A program made the position numbers and the translations under genes. A stretch of 60,463 nt of DNA, the filler included. It is 4 parts of 4 records of this genome, joined end to end, with 100 filler letters (N's around TTAATTAATTAA, not from the genome) between each part and the next. Parts side by side here need not be neighbours in the genome. Positions count along the whole stretch, not along the records: positions 38,669 to 60,463 come from SRR2962707_457; 3 more parts are not named here. One strand, given 5' to 3'. The first letter of the stretch is position 1. Each line of letters starts with the position of its first letter. The notes under the pieces are model-generated. The model saw only the letters and a list, made by a program, of their open reading frames with translations. It was not told where the DNA came from and did no database searches. This document shows positions 54,693 to 60,463 of this stretch, piece by piece.

Positions 54693-54781
54693 TGTTAACT
54701 GCTATCGGGTAAGTCGTTACGAAATCATTAAATGAATGTGATGTTTGTTAGGCCACTGTTACAAGTGTTAAGAAATTGTAA
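54693..54781 (-). promoter_or_regulatory. Phased direct-repeat array (OmpR/PhoB-type boxes) upstream of the lipoprotein-TBDT operon
   Basis: GTTA-like cores on the + strand at 54694, 54716, 54727, 54738, 54747, 54758, 54767, 54778 (mostly 11-nt steps); CAATTTTG, similar to the Bacteroidota TAnnTTTG -7 element, lies just downstream. Confidence 0.6.
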
Positions 54782-54816
54782 AGTGCCAACCAGAAAATAA
54801 TCTTCTGTGTCTATCG

Positions 54817-55809
54817 CTATTTTGCGATGTTAACCTTAGATAATATGGATTTAATGATGTCATGAGTAGATACTTCATCCGCTTCTGCCTCATAGTTGAG
54901 CAGAATTCGGTGATTCAAGACATCATCCGCAACCTCTTTTACATCTTCAGGTAACACATAGTCACGCTGGTTGAAAAAAGCGACTGCTTTGGCTGCAAGA
55001 TTCAGGTTTATTGAGGCTCTTGGAGAAGCTCCGAACTGGATGTATTGCGCTTCTTCTTTGAGATTATACTCCATCGGGTTTCGCGTAGCAAACACCAGTT
55101 CGATGATGTATTTCTCGATAGATTCTGAAATTGTTACCTGGTTGATTTCATTACGAATAGAGAAAATATCCTCTTTAGTGAGAATTGTTTCCAGCTTAGG
55201 ACTAAAGCTCATATTGGAGATTCGTCTCATCACCTCCAACTCATCCTCCTTACTCAAGTAATCCACATGGATCTTTAACATGAATCGATCGACCTGTGCC
55301 TCAGGCAATGGATATGTCCCTTCCTGGTCGATTGGGTTTTGAGTAGCCATGACCAAAAAAGGCCGATCCAGCTTATAGGTAGTCTCACCAATAGAAACCG
55401 TTTTTTCCTGCATGGCTTCCAAAAGTGCAGACTGCACTTTGGCTGGGGAACGGTTCACCTCATCTGCCAAAATCAGGTTGGCGAAAATTGGACCCTTCTT
55501 TACTTCAAACTCAGCTTTCTGCTGATTGTAGATCATGGTTCCCACTAAATCAGCTGGTAATAAATCCGGGGTGAACTGAATACGTTGAAAGTCCAGTTTC
55601 AGTACATCAGCCAATGCATTTACCGTCAGAGTTTTTGCCAGACCGGGTACCCCTTCAAGCAAAATATGTCCTTGAGTGAATAGCCCAACGAGCAGTCGAT
55701 TGACCATGTATTCCTGGCCAATCACTACTTTCCCAACTTCAGAAATTACCTTCTGGATTTTTTCCTGATGTTCTTTTTGAAGGTCTTTATTGATTGCCTG
55801 ATCTTCCAT
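54817..55809 (-). CDS. MoxR family AAA+ ATPase
   Basis: HILLEGVPGLAKT, RIQFTPDLLPAD, LADEVNR, ATQNP..QEGTYPLPEAQ.DRF, GASPRA. Confidence 0.95.
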   Translation of the reverse strand: MEDQAINKDLQKEHQEKIQKVISEVGKVVIGQEYMVNRLLVGLFTQGHILLEGVPGLAKTLTVNALADVLKLDFQRIQFTPDLLPADLVGTMIYNQQKAEFEVKKGPIFANLILADEVNRSPAKVQSALLEAMQEKTVSIGETTYKLDRPFLVMATQNPIDQEGTYPLPEAQVDRFMLKIHVDYLSKEDELEVMRRISNMSFSPKLETILTKEDIFSIRNEINQVTISESIEKYIIELVFATRNPMEYNLKEEAQYIQFGASPRASINLNLAAKAVAFFNQRDYVLPEDVKEVADDVLNHRILLNYEAEADEVSTHDIIKSILSKVNIAK

Positions 55810-55902
55810 GTTTACTATTTGAGTTTGGCTTGCAAAAATATGATTCCATTTCAAATTCAAAAGAACGATTTGAAGTATGGAAAAATTATGGGATTTGTGG
55901 TT

Positions 55903-57222
55903 CTATTCATCCTGCGAAGCTTTCCTACGTTGCTCCGCCGTAAAAGTTCGTATAATCAACCTGGTGCCTTTATCGTAAGTAAAATAACTCCAGATCCAAT
56001 TGTTTAATGTGATTAGCTTGTTTCTAAAACCAATCAGGTAAAGAATATGGATAAACATCCAGATAAGCCATGCAAAAAATCCTTTGAAATGTAATCCTCC
56101 GGGCATATCTACCACCGCTTTGTTTCTCCCAATAGTTGCCATCGATCCTTTATCCAGGTACTTGAATGGCTTGAGTGGTTTATCCGAAAACAGTCTCTTC
56201 AGGTTTCTGGCTAGATGCTCTCCCTGCTGCATGGCCACAGGGGCCATCATGGGGTGTCCATTCGGAAACTCTTTTGTTTCCATCATGGCTACATCACCCA
56301 CAGCGAATACATGATCATGACCTTTCACCCGGTTGTATTCATCCACCAAAATCCGTCCTTTCATAACCGATTCGGCGGGCAACCCATCGATAATGTTGCC
56401 CTTTACTCCGGCTGCCCAGATGACTGAATCACTTTCCAGCTGACCATCATTCAGCTGAACTACCCCATCTTCAAATGATTTCACCATGGCATTCAGCTTT
56501 ACATTTACGCCAATCTTCTCCAGTGCCCTGAGCGCCTCTTTCCCTGATTTTTCACTCATTCCATTCAGCAAGCGATCGGACCCTTCCACCAGGTTGATTT
56601 GCATCCTGCTAAAATCCAGATCAGGATAGTCAGAGGGCAAAATATGATTTCGAAGCTCAGCAAGTGCTCCACTCACCTCCACACCTGTAGGTCCTCCACC
56701 TACCACAGTGAAATTCATCATCTTATCGAGTTTGTCTTTATCCTCTGTCAGCTCTGCCTGTTCGAAGGTCTGGAGAATATGGCTTCTCAAATCCAGGGCA
56801 TGGACAACACGTTTCAACGGCAACACTTTCTTTTGCAAATCATTTTGCCCAAAGTAATTGGTAACTGACCCACTGGCGATGACCAGGTAATCATAAGAAA
56901 GATTTCCGATCCGGGTTTGCACTTCCTTCTTTTCAAAATCAACGCCGGTAACCTTCACCATTCGGAAGATGTAATTGAAGTGTCCCTCAAAGGATTTCCT
57001 GAGCGGTCCGGCAATGGAATCCGGTTCGAGACCTGCAGTGGCCACCTGATACAAAAGTGGTTGGAAGGTGTGGAAATTGTTACGATCCAACATCACTACC
57101 TGGGCCTTTAATTTCTTCAATGCCTTAGCAAGTTTCAGACCTCCAAACCCACCTCCAATAATGATGATTCGAGGATATTCGGTATCAGGAACTTTGAGTT
57201 TTAGGTGCGAGGGTATGGACAT
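55903..57222 (-). CDS. ndh: Type II NADH dehydrogenase
   Basis: IIGGGFGG, FQPLLYQVAT, VVGGGPTGVE, WAAGV, Y.DKGSMATIGR. Confidence 0.92.
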   Translation of the reverse strand: MSIPSHLKLKVPDTEYPRIIIIGGGFGGLKLAKALKKLKAQVVMLDRNNFHTFQPLLYQVATAGLEPDSIAGPLRKSFEGHFNYIFRMVKVTGVDFEKKEVQTRIGNLSYDYLVIASGSVTNYFGQNDLQKKVLPLKRVVHALDLRSHILQTFEQAELTEDKDKLDKMMNFTVVGGGPTGVEVSGALAELRNHILPSDYPDLDFSRMQINLVEGSDRLLNGMSEKSGKEALRALEKIGVNVKLNAMVKSFEDGVVQLNDGQLESDSVIWAAGVKGNIIDGLPAESVMKGRILVDEYNRVKGHDHVFAVGDVAMMETKEFPNGHPMMAPVAMQQGEHLARNLKRLFSDKPLKPFKYLDKGSMATIGRNKAVVDMPGGLHFKGFFAWLIWMFIHILYLIGFRNKLITLNNWIWSYFTYDKGTRLIIRTFTAEQRRKASQDE

Positions 57223-57272
57223 AAATATGTTTTTGTATCTCAACGTACATCCCCTCGAATTGATTCTAAAAA

Positions 57273-57866
57273 TCAGGTTTTTATCTGCTGAAAAACGAAC
57301 ATCATTTCAGTCGCAATTTGCCGGCATCTTTCCCCATAAACTTTCTCCTCACTCCCGCTTCCGTCGGACACTTTCGGGTCTTCATAAAAAAGCTTGATTC
57401 TGGTGTCAGCACCAAACACAATAGGACATTCCGAATCTGCCTCAGAGCAGGTCATGATAGCAGCAAACTCTGAGCTTGGATTCACCGGGTCATCAAACGT
57501 TTTGGAATAGCAAGTCATAGATAAAGCTCCATCCAGGAACCTTACCTCATAGTGCGGATTTTCTCCTTCTCCTTTTTTCACTTCAAAACCAACTTTTTCA
57601 ATGGCAGCCACTGCGTTCGGATGGAAAGCCGTGGCTTCAGTGCCACCTGAAAAGGTTTCAACTTTCACACCAAAGTGATGCGCCATGGTTTGTGCCCAGA
57701 TCTGGCTCAAATGGCTCCTGCGAGAATTGTGCGTACAGATGAAATTGAGTTTCGGGTGATCCGATTGATTAATATACTGAACAAGCTGGTCCAGGATTTT
57801 TCTTCGTGAATCGCTTACTGACTTTGGATCCAGCTCAGCAATGTATTTCTCTAATGGTCGGTTCAT
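57273..57866 (-). CDS. arsC: LMW-PTP-fold arsenate reductase-like protein
   Basis: FICTHNSRRS P-loop, SGGTE, MTCSEADSECP, DP motif; last gene of the ars cluster. Confidence 0.8.
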   Translation of the reverse strand: MNRPLEKYIAELDPKSVSDSRRKILDQLVQYINQSDHPKLNFICTHNSRRSHLSQIWAQTMAHHFGVKVETFSGGTEATAFHPNAVAAIEKVGFEVKKGEGENPHYEVRFLDGALSMTCYSKTFDDPVNPSSEFAAIMTCSEADSECPIVFGADTRIKLFYEDPKVSDGSGSEEKVYGERCRQIATEMMFVFQQIKT

Positions 57867-57879
57867 TTTAATAGAGTAA

Positions 57880-58013
57880 AGGAGTTATCTCAAAGATGTT
57901 AAACATTATGTCATCCTGAGTAACGAAGGATCTCATTACTCAACATGATCAGCTATTCAACATTAGTTAGATTCTTCACTTTCGTTCAGAATGACATTTT
58001 TGAGATAACTCCT
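57880..58013. mobile_element. MITE-like or composite palindromic element, 134 bp
   Basis: Terminal inverted repeats AGGAGTTATCTCAAAGATGT / ACATTTTTGAGATAACTCCT (19 of 20 match); inner TGTCATCCTGAG...TTCAGAATGACA palindrome. Confidence 0.7.
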
Positions 58014-58018
58014 GAAAT

Positions 58019-58450
58019 TTAACAACAAGCCACAAGATCTTTCTTGCCTTCTTTAGCATCCTGACGACCACCCATTTTATCATCGTCTTTCAGAAAATGG
58101 TAGACCTCCCACTCATAGCCATCCGGATCCTTCACCCAGAATTTGTTCTGCACAGCAAAGCAACAAGAAGTATTGGTCTCTTCAAGCTCAATTTTCATCA
58201 AAGATTCCAACTCAGCTTTTTTCTCAGCTAAGTCCGTATCGCTGTTTACACGGATACCCATGTGTCCAAATTGCGGGCTTGGATTTTTCGATTCAATGAA
58301 TGAAATCACCAGGCCGGGATTATCCAGCTCAAACTTGCTGTACCCTTTCTCAACCTTTACAGGCTCCTGCCCGAAAAGTCGCTTATAGAAATCGGTTGTT
58401 TGTTCAATGTTTGTGACATTCAGTCCTACATGAAATTTAAATGGTTCCAT
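58019..58450 (-). CDS. ArsI/CadI family VOC metalloenzyme (candidate C-As lyase)
   Basis: FHVGLNV, GHMGI, TSCCFAVQNKFWVKDPDG.EWEVY: His/His/Glu triad plus vicinal Cys pair. Confidence 0.88.
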   Translation of the reverse strand: MEPFKFHVGLNVTNIEQTTDFYKRLFGQEPVKVEKGYSKFELDNPGLVISFIESKNPSPQFGHMGIRVNSDTDLAEKKAELESLMKIELEETNTSCCFAVQNKFWVKDPDGYEWEVYHFLKDDDKMGGRQDAKEGKKDLVACC

Positions 58451-58474
58451 AGTTATATGTATTTAAAGTGTTTA

Positions 58475-58840
58475 CTAATTGATGTAGCATTTTTCAAATT
58501 CAACTTTCCGTTGCTCATCTCCAATGATCCACTGGTTGCCATCCGGGTCCGTGAGCCCAATGGCACCATTCAGTTCTTCACATTGCTCTCTGAATCGTTG
58601 CTTCGCAGTAAAACGCCTCATACGGTCGTAAACCTCTATCAGGTCTTTCTCATCTACATGAAGTGAAAAAGGATCTGTGGGAATAGCAGGGACCCTTGCT
58701 TCAGTAATGCTCAACTGAAGCTTAGGCGTTTCGAATCTCAATAGGTCTGGCCCGATCTCCTCCGGCATTTGATTAAACAGTGCCCGATAGAAGACCAGAC
58801 TTGTACTTAAGTCATTGCTTTGAAGTTGATATTTTTTCAT
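58475..58840 (-). CDS. Degenerate VOC/glyoxalase-fold protein
   Basis: DL.TSL.FY.ALF...P and TDPDGNQW; lacks the first His, the CC pair and the Glu. Confidence 0.7.
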   Translation of the reverse strand: MKKYQLQSNDLSTSLVFYRALFNQMPEEIGPDLLRFETPKLQLSITEARVPAIPTDPFSLHVDEKDLIEVYDRMRRFTAKQRFREQCEELNGAIGLTDPDGNQWIIGDEQRKVEFEKCYIN

Positions 58841-58846
58841 TTATAT

Positions 58847-58862
58847 ATCGTATTATTACGAT
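58847..58862. promoter_or_regulatory. ArsR-type operator, copy 3
   Basis: ATCGTATTATTACGAT, 6 nt upstream of the VOC gene ATG. Confidence 0.8.
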
Positions 58863-58881
58863 GAAATAATTCAAATTTTTT

Positions 58882-59208
58882 TTAACAACACTCGGTTGCG
58901 TTATAGCTGTCCATCAGTCCCTGAAGTCGGGTTTTAACCGTATTCCAAACATCCGCATTGATGCAATAGCACATCGATGTTCCCTCTACCGTTCCCTTTA
59001 TCAAACCCACACTTTTCAATTCTTTGAGGTGCTGCGAGATGGTTGCCTGTGCCAAACCCAACTCCTCCACCAGATCACTATTGATGCACTGATTCGCTTT
59101 GATCAAATGCTCAATGATCGCCACACGGGCAGGGTGTGCAAACGCCTTGGCTACCAACGCCAGTTCGTTTTGCTCAGAGGTAAATAAATCGGTTCGACTA
59201 ACTCCCAT
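58882..59208 (-). CDS. arsR: ArsR/SmtB family repressor
   Basis: AKAFAHPARVAII, LAQATISQHLKELK.VGLI.G, CYC, C-terminal CC. Confidence 0.95.
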   Translation of the reverse strand: MGVSRTDLFTSEQNELALVAKAFAHPARVAIIEHLIKANQCINSDLVEELGLAQATISQHLKELKSVGLIKGTVEGTSMCYCINADVWNTVKTRLQGLMDSYNATECC

Positions 59209-59224
59209 ATCGTAATATTACGAT
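59209..59224. promoter_or_regulatory. ArsR-type operator, copy 2 (perfect palindrome)
   Basis: ATCGTAATATTACGAT directly abutting the arsR ATG. Confidence 0.85.
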
Positions 59225-59231
59225 GAATAAT

Positions 59232-60269
59232 TTATTTAGTTGCGAAATAATATTTTTTTCTTAGCCAGAAAGCGACACGTACTAATAAGATTAATGCTGG
59301 AACCTCTACCAAAGGACCAATGACTCCCGCAAACGCCTGACCTGAATTCAATCCAAAAACAGCAATGGCCACAGCAATCGCTAACTCAAAATTATTTCCT
59401 GCAGCAGTAAAAGCGACTGAAGCATTCTTGTCATATTCTGCCCCCACTGCTTTGCTCACAAAGAATCCAATCAAAAACATGAGTACAAAGTAGATCAATA
59501 ATGGAACAGCTATTCTCAGCACATCGAGTGGTATCTCTACGATCAGCTGACCCTTCAGGGAGAACATCACGACTATGGTGAAAAGCAAAGCAATCAATGT
59601 GATGGGTGAAATCGTTGGGATGAATGTGCTTTTGTACCATTTCTCTCCTTTCAATTTGACAAGCAGCCACCGACTCAGAATTCCTGCTACGAACGGAATT
59701 CCCAGGTAAATCGCTACGCTTTCCGCTATAGTGGCAATCGAAATATCCACGATTGCACCATCAAATCCGAAGTAGGGTGGAAGTACTGTAATAAATAACC
59801 ACGCGTAAAAACTGTAACCAAACACCTGGAAAATACTGTTGAGTGCAACAAGACCAGCACCATACTCACTGCTTCCTTCGGCCAGGTCATTCCACACCAG
59901 CACCATCGCGATACAACGCGCCAGACCAATCAGGATCAACCCGATCATGTATTCCGGATAGTCCTGAAGAAAGGTAATCGCCAGAATGAACATCAGTAAT
60001 GGCCCGATGATCCAGTTGAGTAAGAGCGATAATGAGAGAATTTTCACATTTCGAAACACTTTAGGCAGCAACGAATAATTGACTTTTGCCAGTGGTGGAT
60101 ACATCATCAGAATCAATCCGATGGCAATAGGTAGATTCGTACTACCTGAACTCATGGCGTTCACACCATCGGCTACTCCGGGAAAGAAATAGCCCGTTCC
60201 CACTCCTATGATCATAGCTGTGAAAATCCACAACGTTAGATTCCGGTCCAAAAAGCTCAACTTCTTCAT
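59232..60269 (-). CDS. acr3: Acr3 arsenite efflux transporter
   Basis: [56 protein letters not shown]. Confidence 0.97.
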   Translation of the reverse strand: MKKLSFLDRNLTLWIFTAMIIGVGTGYFFPGVADGVNAMSSGSTNLPIAIGLILMMYPPLAKVNYSLLPKVFRNVKILSLSLLLNWIIGPLLMFILAITFLQDYPEYMIGLILIGLARCIAMVLVWNDLAEGSSEYGAGLVALNSIFQVFGYSFYAWLFITVLPPYFGFDGAIVDISIATIAESVAIYLGIPFVAGILSRWLLVKLKGEKWYKSTFIPTISPITLIALLFTIVVMFSLKGQLIVEIPLDVLRIAVPLLIYFVLMFLIGFFVSKAVGAEYDKNASVAFTAAGNNFELAIAVAIAVFGLNSGQAFAGVIGPLVEVPALILLVRVAFWLRKKYYFATK

Positions 60270-60284
60270 GCTTTTTATTTATTA

Positions 60285-60300
60285 ATCGCAATATTACAAT
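60285..60300. promoter_or_regulatory. ArsR-type operator, copy 1
   Basis: ATCGCAATATTACAAT, 15 nt upstream of the acr3 ATG. Confidence 0.75.
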
Positions 60301-60463
60301 GTATAGATGAAGAATCAAAAGGGTCCCCTCTTAAGATCCCAAAATAGGGTCATGTATGGCCGCCAGGTTAAGCGGATCTTAATCAACCTTGTTGTCATTT
60401 TGGAAGAATCTTCGAAAATCGAAGCACTAAAAGTCAAAGATCCTTTGCAGGATGACATTGAGG

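Noticed and set aside
220-60300. A metal-resistance island linking Ctr with the ars cluster, or eukaryote-bacterium gene transfer
   Set aside because: The genes are on different contigs from different organisms.

Overview
The window is four unrelated contigs joined by artificial 100-nt linkers (44 N + TTAATTAATTAA + 44 N) at 17309-17408, 28466-28565 and 38569-38668. Contig 1 (1-17308) is eukaryotic, probably a protist, with GT-AG introns and (CA)n at both ends. It carries a Ctr copper transporter converging on one giant multi-exon Furry/Tao3/Mor2-like gene whose last three exons splice into an RGS (regulator of G-protein signalling) domain. The ORF track does not show this fusion, and it is the most interesting signal here. 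Contig 2 (17409-28465) is a GC-rich gammaproteobacterium (Alcanivorax-like gene set): PhaC-like hydrolase, NHL lipoprotein, REPs, bioBFHCD divergent from comF with a BirA box, ComB-like phosphatase, acyl-CoA dehydrogenase, phhB, thioesterase. Contig 3 (28566-38568) is Rhizobiaceae-like: acyl-CoA dehydrogenase with LiuR-like box, degenerate GGDEF, Sua5, TadG-like, FAD oxidoreductase, ubiA, BLUF, purD. Contig 4 (38669-60463) is Bacteroidota (Cytophagales-like): TamA-like, hemW, LytS/LytTR, uvrA, LOG, a TonB receptor plus lipoprotein behind a phased direct-repeat array, MoxR, NDH-2, and an acr3-arsR-VOC-arsI-arsC cluster with three ArsR-type palindromes and a MITE-like insert. Family and taxon calls come from motif recognition only; no searches were run.
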